In this document: piece by piece, positions 47,858 through 60,097 of the stretch | Position numbering within the stretch: position 1 is the stretch's first letter | How the letters are laid out: the number at the start of each line of letters is the position of its first letter | Source of the DNA: Phycisphaerae bacterium | Lineage (GTDB): Bacteria > Planctomycetota > Phycisphaerae > UBA1845 > Fen-1342 | DNA length: 64,000 nt | Direction: 5' to 3' | NCBI GenBank assembly: GCA_963675745.2 | Contig: CAXXWX010000027.1 | Coordinates: 177,985 to 241,984 of the forward strand | Notes under the pieces: model-generated | Database searches by the model: none | What the model saw: only the letters and a program-made list of their open reading frames with translations | Told to the model about the DNA's origin: nothing | Position numbers and translations under genes: made by a program

Positions 47858-49582
47858 TTAGTCATCCTCGGCAATAATGCCTTCCATCTGGGCGATGCGC
47901 GCAACCTCGTCGGGCGTAGTGATGCCGCGCAGGATTTTGCGCTTGCCGTCTTCGAGAATCGGCCGCATGCCCGAGGCCGCCGCCGCCTGCCGAACCTGCT
48001 GTGTGGGTGCCCGGTTGAACGCCAGTTCGCGGATCTCGCTGTTCATCTCGAGCATCTCGAAGATGCCCTGTCGTCCACGGAATCCTATGCCGCTACAGCG
48101 CTTGCAACCGACCCCGCGATATATGTGGTTCCCAACGAGGTCGTCATCCGTGATGCCCAGCATCTTCAGCACAAAGCGGTTGGGGTTCGGGTCGATGTCC
48201 TTGCACTCACCGCAGACCCGGCGAATCAGGCGCTGGGCCATGATGGCCTGGATCGAGGAAGCAACGAGGAACGGCTTGATCCCCATGTCCACCAGACGCG
48301 TAATGGCGCTGGGGGCGTCGTTGGTGTGCAAGGTGCTGAACACCAGGTGACCGGTCAGAGCGGCCTGCACGGCAACCTCGCCCACTTCGCGGTCACGAAT
48401 CTCACCGACCAGGATGATGTTCGGCGCCTGACGCAGCATGGATCGCAGAATGCGCGCGAACGTCAGCCCGATGTCCTCGCGTACCTGGCACTGGTTCATC
48501 CCCGTGAAGTTGTACTCCACCGGGTCTTCCGCGGTGATGATCTTGCGGTCCGGGCGGTTCAGCTCCTGAAGGGCGGCGTACAACGTCGTCGTCTTGCCGG
48601 AGCCCGTGGGACCGGTTACAAGAAAAATGCCGTTCGGCTGGCGAATGATGCCGCGGAACCGTTCGTAGTCGTCTTCCTCGAAGCCCAGTCCGCGAATACC
48701 GATCTTGACTGAATCGGGACGCAGAATACGCAGCACCACGCTCTCGCCGTGATATGCCGGCAGCGAGCTGACGCGGAAGTCAATCTGGCTTCCGCCGATC
48801 TTCATCTTAATGCGGCCGTCCTGCGGCAGCCGTTTCTCGGCGATATCGATTCCGGAGATGATCTTGAATCGCGCGATAACCGGGCCTTGCATCGACTTCG
48901 GTATGTTGTCGCGGTCAATACACACACCGTCAATGCGATAACGCACGCGCACCCGGTCGGTCATCGGTTCGATGTGAATGTCCGACGCGCGCATGCGAAC
49001 GGCTTCACCGATGAGCAGGTTGATCAGCTTGATGACCGGCGCGTCGGCGTCCGCCTCAATCTCAGCCTTCTTCTCCGCCACCTCATCCTTGGCGAGCAGG
49101 TCGGCGTTGCGGTCAATCGCCTCGATCGTATCGTCCATGCTGGTGCCGACATCGCTCAGGAACGTGTCGATGTAGCGTTGGATCTTGCTCTTGGGAGCCA
49201 GGACGCAGTCGATCTCGCTGTTCAGCCGAAAACGCAGCATGTCGAGCAGTTCGAGATCGAGCGGGTCGGAAATAATCACCTTGAGACGGTTGTTCTCGCG
49301 CGCTATTGGCAGCACTTTGTGGTTGCGGATGATGTTCTCGGGAATCAACTGGAGCGTGTCGGGAACGACCGGGTTCTTGTCGAGATCGACATATTCCAGG
49401 TCGAACTGCGCCGCGAGGGCCTTGGCCACATCATCCTCGGCGGCCATGTCCAATTCAACCAGCGCCTCGCCGATGCGTTTGTTGTGCGTGGTCGAATACG
49501 CGAGCGCATCGGCGAGATCGTTGGGCGATACAACACTCCACCCAACCAGGATTTCCCCGAGCTTCTTCCGACGCCGCGCCAT
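47858..49582 (-). CDS. pilB: Second PilB/GspE-family assembly ATPase
   Basis: KLGEILV/RIGEALV; ASDIHIEP; GPTGSGKTTT; LRQAPNIILVGEIRD; CxxC pairs. Confidence 0.9.
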   Translation of the reverse strand: MARRRKKLGEILVGWSVVSPNDLADALAYSTTHNKRIGEALVELDMAAEDDVAKALAAQFDLEYVDLDKNPVVPDTLQLIPENIIRNHKVLPIARENNRLKVIISDPLDLELLDMLRFRLNSEIDCVLAPKSKIQRYIDTFLSDVGTSMDDTIEAIDRNADLLAKDEVAEKKAEIEADADAPVIKLINLLIGEAVRMRASDIHIEPMTDRVRVRYRIDGVCIDRDNIPKSMQGPVIARFKIISGIDIAEKRLPQDGRIKMKIGGSQIDFRVSSLPAYHGESVVLRILRPDSVKIGIRGLGFEEDDYERFRGIIRQPNGIFLVTGPTGSGKTTTLYAALQELNRPDRKIITAEDPVEYNFTGMNQCQVREDIGLTFARILRSMLRQAPNIILVGEIRDREVGEVAVQAALTGHLVFSTLHTNDAPSAITRLVDMGIKPFLVASSIQAIMAQRLIRRVCGECKDIDPNPNRFVLKMLGITDDDLVGNHIYRGVGCKRCSGIGFRGRQGIFEMLEMNSEIRELAFNRAPTQQVRQAAAASGMRPILEDGKRKILRGITTPDEVARIAQMEGIIAEDD

Positions 49583-49820
49583 CCGATCTCCCTATGTCCG
49601 CAGGAACGTCCCGACGCTGCGCCCGCGCGCCGTCACCGGGCTGAGGTTTCCGGGACCGCGTATTGTCGCGGCGCAGAGCGCACATTGCAAGTTCAGCCGC
49701 CGCCCCGGCGCGAAGTGCGTAGGCTGCCACCCTGTTTGGGACGGGCGCCTGCCGCGTGGAGCGTGAAACGAGAAACACCGCGTGCTATGGGGCCATCGGT
49801 GGGACTTCAGCGACGGAATG

Positions 49821-51194
49821 CTATGCCGCCCCAAACCGCTCCTGTAGCCAGTCACGAAATGGCTCGTACGCGGACGTCATCGTCTCAAACCGCTCGACGC
49901 GCCCATCCAGCCCGGCAAGACTGGCGGGCACTTCAGGTTCAACGCCCAGCACGCCGCGAATCTCCTCAGGGAACTTGGCGGGATGGGCCGTCTCGACTGA
50001 TACGGTCAGGCTGTCGGCGTGCTCGGGGTGCTCGCGCCAGAAGTGCTCCAGGCCGGCCCAGCCGACGGCACCGTGCGGTTCGAGCACCACGCCGTGCTCG
50101 TCGTATACCGTCTTGATCGTTGCGCGGGTCTGTTCGTCACTGATGCTGACGGCGAACAGGTCGCGGTCCATCCGCGCGAAGTCCGGCGGCGAGTGCAACT
50201 TGCCGACCTCATCCATGTGCCCGCCATACACGTCAATGAGCCGGGCGAGATTCGAGGGGTGGCCGACGTTCATCGCGTTGGAGATGCAGACCTTTGACGG
50301 CACGATCTTGGCGTAATGCCGCGTCCGCAGGAGCGTGGGAACTTCGTCGTTCGCATTGGTCGCAATCACTATCCGATCAATCGGCAGCCCCATCTGTCTG
50401 GCGATCACGGCCCCCATCATGTCGCCGAAATTGCCGGACGGCACGCAAACCACGATCGGCTCGCCGGCCGCAACGTCGGCCAGGTTCACGTAAGCGTAGA
50501 TGTAATAGACGCTTTGCGGCAGGAGCCGGCCGATGTTGATCGAATTGGCGGACGTCAGACGGATGGACTCTAGCGCCGGATCGGCGAACGCGCGTTTTAC
50601 AAGTGCCTGACAATCATCGAACTTGCCATCGATGCCGATCGTGGCGACATTGCCGCCGATCGTGGTCATCTGGCGACGTTGTCGATCAGACACCTCGTCG
50701 GGCGGGAACAACACGACGACCGACATCCGCTCGACGCCATGGTACGCGTGGGCCACCGCGCTGCCGGTGTCGCCCGAGGTGGCGGTGAGAATGACAAGCC
50801 GGCCGGTCTGCTCGCGCATCAAAACGCCCATCCAGCCAGCCATCATGCGGGCGGCGAAGTCCTTGAACGAGGCGGTCGGCCCGCGATCGAGACGCATCAG
50901 ATGGCGCTTGCCGCTGACACGTTCGAGCGGCACGTCGAAGTCGTACGCGTCGGCACACAACGCCGAGAGTGTCGGCTCGTTGATCACGCCGGCCGTGTAA
51001 CGGCGGAGGACGTCCAAGGCGACGTCGGCGTAGGGCTTGCCCGCGAGCCCTTGCAACTCGGCGCGGGTAATCGATGGATAGCGCTCCGGCAAAAACAGTC
51101 CGCGATCGGCGGCCTGCCCCTGCAAGAGGGCCTGGCCGAGATCAATGTGCGGCACGCCGTTGTTGGTGCTATAGAGCAGGATCGGCTCGGTCAT
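49821..51194 (-). CDS. thrC: Threonine synthase
   Basis: GPTASFKDF, ATSGDTGSA, SANSINIGRL, VPSGNFG, ETAHPAKF. Confidence 0.95.
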   Translation of the reverse strand: MTEPILLYSTNNGVPHIDLGQALLQGQAADRGLFLPERYPSITRAELQGLAGKPYADVALDVLRRYTAGVINEPTLSALCADAYDFDVPLERVSGKRHLMRLDRGPTASFKDFAARMMAGWMGVLMREQTGRLVILTATSGDTGSAVAHAYHGVERMSVVVLFPPDEVSDRQRRQMTTIGGNVATIGIDGKFDDCQALVKRAFADPALESIRLTSANSINIGRLLPQSVYYIYAYVNLADVAAGEPIVVCVPSGNFGDMMGAVIARQMGLPIDRIVIATNANDEVPTLLRTRHYAKIVPSKVCISNAMNVGHPSNLARLIDVYGGHMDEVGKLHSPPDFARMDRDLFAVSISDEQTRATIKTVYDEHGVVLEPHGAVGWAGLEHFWREHPEHADSLTVSVETAHPAKFPEEIRGVLGVEPEVPASLAGLDGRVERFETMTSAYEPFRDWLQERFGAA

Positions 51195-51387
51195 ATGTGG
51201 TTTCTCGCGTTTTGCGGGCGCCGCCGCGCGACGCCCTGCCTGTCCGGTCGCACGCGGCCGTGGTGCCGCCAGGTCAGCCGATTGTAGGGCTTGGGACGAT
51301 TCGTTGCGAACGCCGGCCGGCATCTGCACGGCTCACAGAGCCGTGGCACACCGCGTAAGCACGCCTGTGCGAGATACGCTCACGCTG

Positions 51388-51545
51388 GTGCGAGATTCCC
51401 ATCTCGCACCCACCCCGGCGGGAATCCCTTCCCGCATCCCACCGGCAGGAGCGGATTCCCGCAGAAGGACGTGCGAGAAGGGATTCTCGCACGAGCACGA
51501 GAGACGATTCTCGCGCGAGCGGTTCGAGGGGATTCTCGCACGAGC
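51388..51545. repeat. Array of about 6 degenerate palindromes GTGCGAGAA-N4-TTCTCGCAC
   Basis: Perfect stems at 51388-51410, 51418-51435 and 51470-51493, plus degenerate copies. Confidence 0.75.
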
Positions 51546-51777
51546 ACCCCTCGCGCTAGCAGATCCCCCACGCCGTTGCAGCGCAGAGGAGCTACTCGAC
51601 GGCGAGCAGTGATTAACGCATCCACGTCCTCCGGTGATAGCTCGGCTAACGCCGATGGGGGATCGGCGGCACATGCTTGCCCGGCCACTCGTATAACCAA
51701 CCGGCCCGTTGCCCGGGTCGCCCACGATCGGGTATGCTGAGTGCCTGTCAACAACGCCACATTCAACGGAGGCAACC

Positions 51778-53232
51778 ATGTTCGGCGGCGAAGATGTCGA
51801 GATCACCCCGGGGATGCAGAAGTACATCGACACGAATAACGAGTATCTGGCGCGGCGGTCGAAGTACATTCGCGACGTCGTCAAGAAGTGGAAGTTCGAC
51901 ACCATCGCCGTCCACGGGCTTTACACCGTCGAGGATGCCATCGAAGACTATCAGGGCGCCATCATCGAGCCCGTATTCATGAGCAGTTCGCAGGCCTACC
52001 GCGATTCCGACGAGATGGCCGCGGCCCTGGCGTATATGATCCCCACCTGGTGCTATTCGCGCATCGCCAATCCTTCAACGTACTACTACGAGTGGACCCT
52101 GGCGTTGCTCGAGGGCTACGGCTACGACGGCGAGACGGGCTGCTGCTCGACATCGTCGGGTATGGCCGCCGTGATGACCGCGGTTCAACCTTTTCTGGTC
52201 CACCGTTTCCGCAACAAACTCGAACCGCGCAACTTCCTGGCCACCGCCCAATGTTACGGCGGCACGTTTCAGCAATTTAACGTGCGCTTGATGGAAGAGC
52301 GGGATATCGAGTGCCGCTGGATCGAGGATCCCACCGACATCGATGCATGGGCGTCGCGGATCGACGAGAACACGCGGTTTCTATATGGCGAACTGCCCAG
52401 CAATCCCGGACAGGGATTCTTTGATATCGAGGCGGTCGCGGACCTGGCACACAGCCATAATCTGCCGCTCATCTGTGATGCCACGGTCGCTTCGCCGGCG
52501 CTGCTGCGCCCGATCTGCCATGGTGCCGATATCGTCATCCAGTCAGCCACCAAGAGCCTGACGACCAGCGGCTTCGGCGTATGCGGCGCGGTAATCGCAC
52601 GTAGAAACCTCACCACCAATATTGACAACGCCGACCTGAAGCAGGACTTCACGGCGTATGTGAAATACCTGCCGAATCGCGACTACGGCCCCAATCTGCA
52701 CCCGATGCAGGCCATCATGACGCTCAACGACATGCGCACGCTGCGCTCCAAGATGGACCTGATGAGCCGCAACACGATGAAGGTCGCCGAATTCCTCAAC
52801 GGGCACCCCGACGTCGAGAGCGTGCAGTACCTCGGGCTGCCGGACCATCCGCTGCACGAGCTGGCCAGCAAGTACATGTGGCTGGTCGATTCGGAATTCG
52901 ATGATCAGTATGGCGGGCAACGCGTAAACCGGTATGGCCACCTGATGTCGTTCTGCGTAAAGGGTGACGCCAAGCGCACGCGCGATTTCTTCGACGGGCT
53001 GCAACGCATCTGGCGCGCGACCGATCTGGGACGGATCAAAAGCGTCGCCACGATTCCGGCAATATCCACGCATCAGCAACAGGGTGAGGAAGGGCGCCGA
53101 CTGGCACACATCTCACCCAACACCGTGCGTCTGTGCGTCGGCGGCGAGCATCCGGACGACGTAATCGCCGACCTGGACCAGGCTCTGCGGAGCATCAGCA
53201 CAAGGACGGCGGTCGCCGCCGGCGCTTCGTAG
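51778..53232 (+). CDS. Cys/Met metabolism PLP-dependent enzyme (O-acyl-homoserine sulfhydrylase / gamma-lyase family)
   Basis: GGAGG RBS; FDTIAVHG; YSRIANP; SSGMAA; YGGT; DATVASP; QSATKSL (PLP Lys); VRLCVGGEHPDDVIADLDQAL. Confidence 0.9.
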   Translation: MFGGEDVEITPGMQKYIDTNNEYLARRSKYIRDVVKKWKFDTIAVHGLYTVEDAIEDYQGAIIEPVFMSSSQAYRDSDEMAAALAYMIPTWCYSRIANPSTYYYEWTLALLEGYGYDGETGCCSTSSGMAAVMTAVQPFLVHRFRNKLEPRNFLATAQCYGGTFQQFNVRLMEERDIECRWIEDPTDIDAWASRIDENTRFLYGELPSNPGQGFFDIEAVADLAHSHNLPLICDATVASPALLRPICHGADIVIQSATKSLTTSGFGVCGAVIARRNLTTNIDNADLKQDFTAYVKYLPNRDYGPNLHPMQAIMTLNDMRTLRSKMDLMSRNTMKVAEFLNGHPDVESVQYLGLPDHPLHELASKYMWLVDSEFDDQYGGQRVNRYGHLMSFCVKGDAKRTRDFFDGLQRIWRATDLGRIKSVATIPAISTHQQQGEEGRRLAHISPNTVRLCVGGEHPDDVIADLDQALRSISTRTAVAAGAS

Positions 53233-53320
53233 GCGCGACACCCGACAGCGGCTGTTTCCGCCGCGACGTTGAGAGCGTCCGGTCATCGGCCATGGCCGGA
53301 CGCTCTGCGCGCGCATAAAG

Positions 53321-53357
53321 GAGGCCCGTCACCGCACATGCGGTGACGGGCCTTAAA
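53321..53357. terminator. Strong hairpin terminator after 5S (possibly bidirectional)
   Basis: AGGCCCGTCACCGCA-c-ATGCGGTGACGGGCCT between convergent units. Confidence 0.75.
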
Positions 53358-53465
53358 GCCGGCGATCACCTACTCTCGCCCGATCAGGACTACCATCGGC
53401 CGTGTGGTCTTTACTACTGAGTTCGGAATGGGATCAGGTGTTGCTCCACACGTATGGTCACCGGC
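53358..53465 (-). rRNA. rrf: 5S rRNA
   Basis: Minus strand CCTGATCCCATTCCGAACTCAG..GATGGTAGT..GAGAGTAGG; terminal helix GCCGGTGA/TCGCCGGC. Confidence 0.95.
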
Positions 53466-53606
53466 AAATCGTGTGCCGCACCTCGCGTGAGCGCGAGGCC
53501 GGATGGCACTCAACTATGCCGATAGGCAAACTGCGTAGATGCTGATCGCACCGGACGACCCGGATACGTCGTGAAAATACTAGATGACCACAGTGATTCA
53601 TAAATG

Positions 53607-56440
<2,834 letters not shown>

Positions 56441-56656
56441 ACATTTATGAATAACTGTGATCACGCCATATCCAGTACATACTTCAATACATCACAATAC
56501 ATCGCGATGCGATACCTACGCAGTATTGCCTATGGACTTGTCACAGAACGACGAAGCTGTCAGCGCTCAGCCGTCAGCTTCTCCCGCCAGCGGCGGGCCC
56601 GGGGGCACCGCACTGCGATGCCGCGGGGCTCGTCGCCCGCGTACTACTTCGCCGAT

Positions 56657-56729
56657 TGGAGCCGACCGGGCTCGAACCGGCAACCTCCGCGTTGCAAACG
56701 CGGCGCTCTCCCAGTTGAGCTACGGCCCC
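56657..56729 (-). tRNA. tRNA-Ala(TGC), CCA not encoded
   Basis: GGGGCCGTAGCTCAACTGGGAGAGCGCCGCGTT-TGC-AACGCGGAGGTTGCCGGTTCGAGCCCGGTCGGCTCCA. Confidence 0.97.
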
Positions 56730-56902
56730 GATCTTCTTCGTGGCCAGGACACGCCTAGCCGCAACTGCGGGGGCCTCACCCGCCGCCGCCTCGCAGTATG
56801 CCAGACACTGCGATGATCAGAAACACGCCGATCCCCAGCAACATCAGCAGATCAGCCATGTTCCCATCACTCCGGCGGCCGGTACAACCGCGAGCAGCCG
56901 AA

Positions 56903-56976
56903 TGGGCCCGCGAGGATTCGAACCTCGGACCTCGTCCTTATCAGGGACGCGCTCTAACCAACTGAGCTACGAGCCC
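56903..56976 (-). tRNA. tRNA-Ile(GAT), CCA not encoded
   Basis: GGGCTCGTAGCTCAGTTGGTTAGAGCGCGTCCCT-GAT-AAGGACGAGGTCCGAGGTTCGAATCCTCGCGGGCCCA. Confidence 0.97.
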
Positions 56977-57100
56977 GTCATCTTGCGGGCGGTTGTCGCC
57001 CGACACACAACGTCCTCGAGACGGCGCTCAGCTCGTCGGCTCACCGACTGCTCCCCGTCACTGGTTGCCAGCAGAGCTCCCAACGTCAAACGGGCTCCGT

Positions 57101-57128
57101 AGTGTATCATCAGCACCGACCGTGTCAA
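57101..57128 (-). promoter_or_regulatory. rRNA-type promoter for the tRNA-Ile/tRNA-Ala/23S/5S unit
   Basis: TTGACA-16 nt-TACACT followed by a GC-rich discriminator (ACGGAGCCC). Confidence 0.75.
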
Positions 57129-57249
57129 CGCGCCCACCCAGAAAAAATCGACCCCCGGCGCGGGCGTCGCCCAGCCAGGTCCAAGATGCGCAAACCCTGA
57201 CCCCACCACATCTTAGCAACATGCCCCTCACCGACATCGCCCGAGCCGA

Positions 57250-59586
57250 TCAGAACGACGCCCCCATGCTGAAATTAAATACCTGCGTATCATCGTCGTC
57301 GCTCTTGGCGATCGGAAAACCGAAGTCGAATATCATCGGCACCGGCCCGAAGAAGTCGATATCGATGCGAATCCCGAAGCCGGCCGACACACGCCAGTCG
57401 GTAAGCTCGAAATCTTCCTCCACCGTACCCATATCGATGAACGTCACGCCGCGAATCGTCCGGCCGTACAGCGGGAAGGAATATTCCGCGCCGGTCAGCA
57501 GAATGAAGTTGCCGCCGATGGCGTCATCGCGAATGCCGTTTCGCGGGGAGATTCCGCGATATTGAAAGCCGCGGACCGAGCCGAACCCGCCGCCGTAGTA
57601 CTTCTCGAACATCGGTGCGTCGCCGGCGATGTAGGCCACGTCGCCGCGCACGCCGAGCACGCTCTTGCGCTCGAGCAAGTCGGTGCGCAGCGTCTTATAC
57701 CATGTGACGCTCGCGCTGGGTTTGCTGAAGGTGTATTCGCCGCCCAGCGCGCCGAACTGCTCCCAGCCAAGGGTAAAGCGATAGCCCTCACTCGGCCGAA
57801 AGCGGCTGTCGGTCGTGTCGCGGACGACCATCGCCTTCACGGATGTGAGCGTGTGGGTGCCTCTTTCGGCACGGATCTGACGGGCGGCCAGCGCGTCAAC
57901 CTCGGTAATGTCGACGCGTTCGAGGCGCACGGCCCCCTCCACAGCCCACCCATCCAGTGGGCCGGTTTCGAAGCGCTTGCCAAGACTCAACGTGGTCCCC
58001 AGGCGCTCTTCGTCGTACGTCGCGCGGCCGCGCTGGAACAGATACACCGACGTGCCCAGTCGCAACGGTCTATCCAGCAGATATGGTTCGATGAAGTCTA
58101 TACGAAAGCGCGTCAAGTCGGTGCCGGGCTCGGCGGTGAAGCGCAGTCGCTGTCCAGCGCCGCGAAACGCCTGTCCACGGAAGAGCTCACCGAACGTGCG
58201 TGGCCAGTCGCCGATATCGAAATTGCGGTTCTCCAGCGTGATCGATCCGAGCAAACCGCTGTCGGTGCTCACACCGGCGCCGATCAGGAAGAGGATCGAG
58301 TCGGACTCCTCAATCTCGACCAGCGCCTCGCGAACACCATCTTCGCCCGGCAACGGGCTGATGGTGGCGCGGCTGAACAACCCGGTCTCGCGCAGTCGGC
58401 GTTCGGCCTTACGCGCTTTCACCGTGTTATAGTCTTCGCCGGGATAGAAGCGCAGCTCACGGCGAATGACTTTGTCCTTGGTCTGCAAGTTGCCCCGGAC
58501 GGTGATCCGGCCGAACTTGAAACGTTCGCTCTCGCTGATCTCGACGCGCAAGCGAACGACGCCGGGAGCTTCGAGAAAGTCATACGCCGTGTTGATGCGC
58601 GCATCGACATAGCCGATCTCACCGTAAAGGTCCTGCAATCTTCGTGTATCAAGCTGAAGCGCCTCGTCGCGGAAGAACTCGCCCGGGGCGAGCTTCATCT
58701 CGCTCAGCAGCGTCTCGGTAGTGAAGGCCGTATTGCCGTCGATCGCGATTTCCTCAATGCGATAGCGCGGCCCTTCCTCGATCACGAAGATGACGGTCAG
58801 TTTGCTGCGGTCGACCTCATCAAACTCGAGCCGATATCCGGCGCGCGCATCGAGGAAGCCCTCGTCGCGGTAGAAGCGCTCAAGTTCGATCCCATCGCGA
58901 TCCGCCTGATCGTTGTCGAATGCGCCGGCGCGGAACACCCAGACGTAAGTCTTGGTTTTCACCAGCGAGCGCAGTTTGCGCGTGCTGAATGAGTCGGCCC
59001 CCTCGAACAGGATCTTGCGCACTTTGACGCGCGGCCCTTCGTTTATCTGAAAGACGAGCCGGCGTTCGCGCTCGAGGACCTGGGCATCGACTTCGACCGT
59101 CGCGTAGAAGTACCCGGCCTGCCGATACTTGCGGATGATCTCGTCGCGGCCGCGATTGACTTCGTAAATGTCCAGCGGCTGACCGGTCGATGGCGCGAGG
59201 GTTATGAGATCCTTGTCCTTGAGTTTCTGGTTACCGATGAACTCGACGGACGCGAGTTGGGGCTTCTCCTCGACGACGAATATGACAACGGCCTCGCCGC
59301 CTTCGACGCTTGTGTTGGCGAAGACGTTTATGAACTTGCGTGTGCGCAGAAGCTCGCGCACGTCACTCTCGACCCGGGCGCGTGAAAACGTCTGTCCGGC
59401 GCGGGTTTTGACGATGGCGCCGCGCACAAACCCCTCGCTGATCGCCTCCAGCCCCTGGATCTCGACCCGCTGGATGATCATGCCGTCACGGGCCTGTCCA
59501 TCCTGCGCCGCCGCACCGGCGGCCCACCAAACGCCGATAAGAACGGCGAGAAGGCCCCAGCATCTGCTTGATCGATGGTATCGCAC
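57250..59586 (-). CDS. bamA: Outer membrane protein assembly factor BamA (start approximate)
   Basis: POTRA repeats (VEEKP..F.GN, INEGP, IEEGPRY, GNLQTKDKVIRRE); SVRGF; C-terminal FNFSMGASF. Confidence 0.92.
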   Translation of the reverse strand: MRYHRSSRCWGLLAVLIGVWWAAGAAAQDGQARDGMIIQRVEIQGLEAISEGFVRGAIVKTRAGQTFSRARVESDVRELLRTRKFINVFANTSVEGGEAVVIFVVEEKPQLASVEFIGNQKLKDKDLITLAPSTGQPLDIYEVNRGRDEIIRKYRQAGYFYATVEVDAQVLERERRLVFQINEGPRVKVRKILFEGADSFSTRKLRSLVKTKTYVWVFRAGAFDNDQADRDGIELERFYRDEGFLDARAGYRLEFDEVDRSKLTVIFVIEEGPRYRIEEIAIDGNTAFTTETLLSEMKLAPGEFFRDEALQLDTRRLQDLYGEIGYVDARINTAYDFLEAPGVVRLRVEISESERFKFGRITVRGNLQTKDKVIRRELRFYPGEDYNTVKARKAERRLRETGLFSRATISPLPGEDGVREALVEIEESDSILFLIGAGVSTDSGLLGSITLENRNFDIGDWPRTFGELFRGQAFRGAGQRLRFTAEPGTDLTRFRIDFIEPYLLDRPLRLGTSVYLFQRGRATYDEERLGTTLSLGKRFETGPLDGWAVEGAVRLERVDITEVDALAARQIRAERGTHTLTSVKAMVVRDTTDSRFRPSEGYRFTLGWEQFGALGGEYTFSKPSASVTWYKTLRTDLLERKSVLGVRGDVAYIAGDAPMFEKYYGGGFGSVRGFQYRGISPRNGIRDDAIGGNFILLTGAEYSFPLYGRTIRGVTFIDMGTVEEDFELTDWRVSAGFGIRIDIDFFGPVPMIFDFGFPIAKSDDDDTQVFNFSMGASF

Positions 59587-59992
59587 GCTGCACCCGGATT
59601 CGTGGATAGGTAGTGCTCTCGGCCGAGCGGCCGCGGGACCGCTCTCACAGCCTCGCGTACTATACAAGCGTATGGGCGCCGTGCAACGGCATCAGCCACC
59701 CCACGGCTCAGCGGCTTTCTCGGACGTAGCGCGCTTTGTGCATGAACCGCCGACGGCCGCGAGGTACAACGCGTGTTATTCTCGGCGGCGCGCGAAAAGC
59801 GTGTGTCCATTCACCTGACCGGCCTAAGATCGACTGACGAACCGACAGTCGAGACCTGCCATCTGCGGCTGACCTCCATCGCCAGACGAACCACGCGGGC
59901 CCGCGCTAAACGGAAGCGCGGGCCCGCACTCCATTGGCCACAACGCGCATTCCCCCGCCCCGTTCCCTGTTCCCTGTTCCCAGCCCTTCACA

Positions 59993-60021
59993 TTGTCCGG
60001 GAACAAAACCCGATTTAGAAT
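59993..60021 (+). promoter_or_regulatory. Putative sigma70 promoter
   Basis: TTGTCC-17 nt-TAGAAT upstream of 60098. Confidence 0.5.
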
Positions 60022-60097
60022 GTATGTATAAGGGGAGCCGCGCGTTGCACGACTCGCGCGGCACTTACCCTTGGCCGCCTGTTCAAAGGGGAGCGCA

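Noticed and set aside
51545..51777. SAM or SAH riboswitch upstream of the Met-pathway gene
   Set aside because: There is only a partial GCAGAGGAGC resemblance; the conserved cores of SAM-I and SAH riboswitches are not found
59895..59927. Strong hairpin GCGGGCCCGCGCT..AGCGCGGGCCCGC between divergent genes
   Set aside because: Single copy with no U-tract; a function cannot be supported
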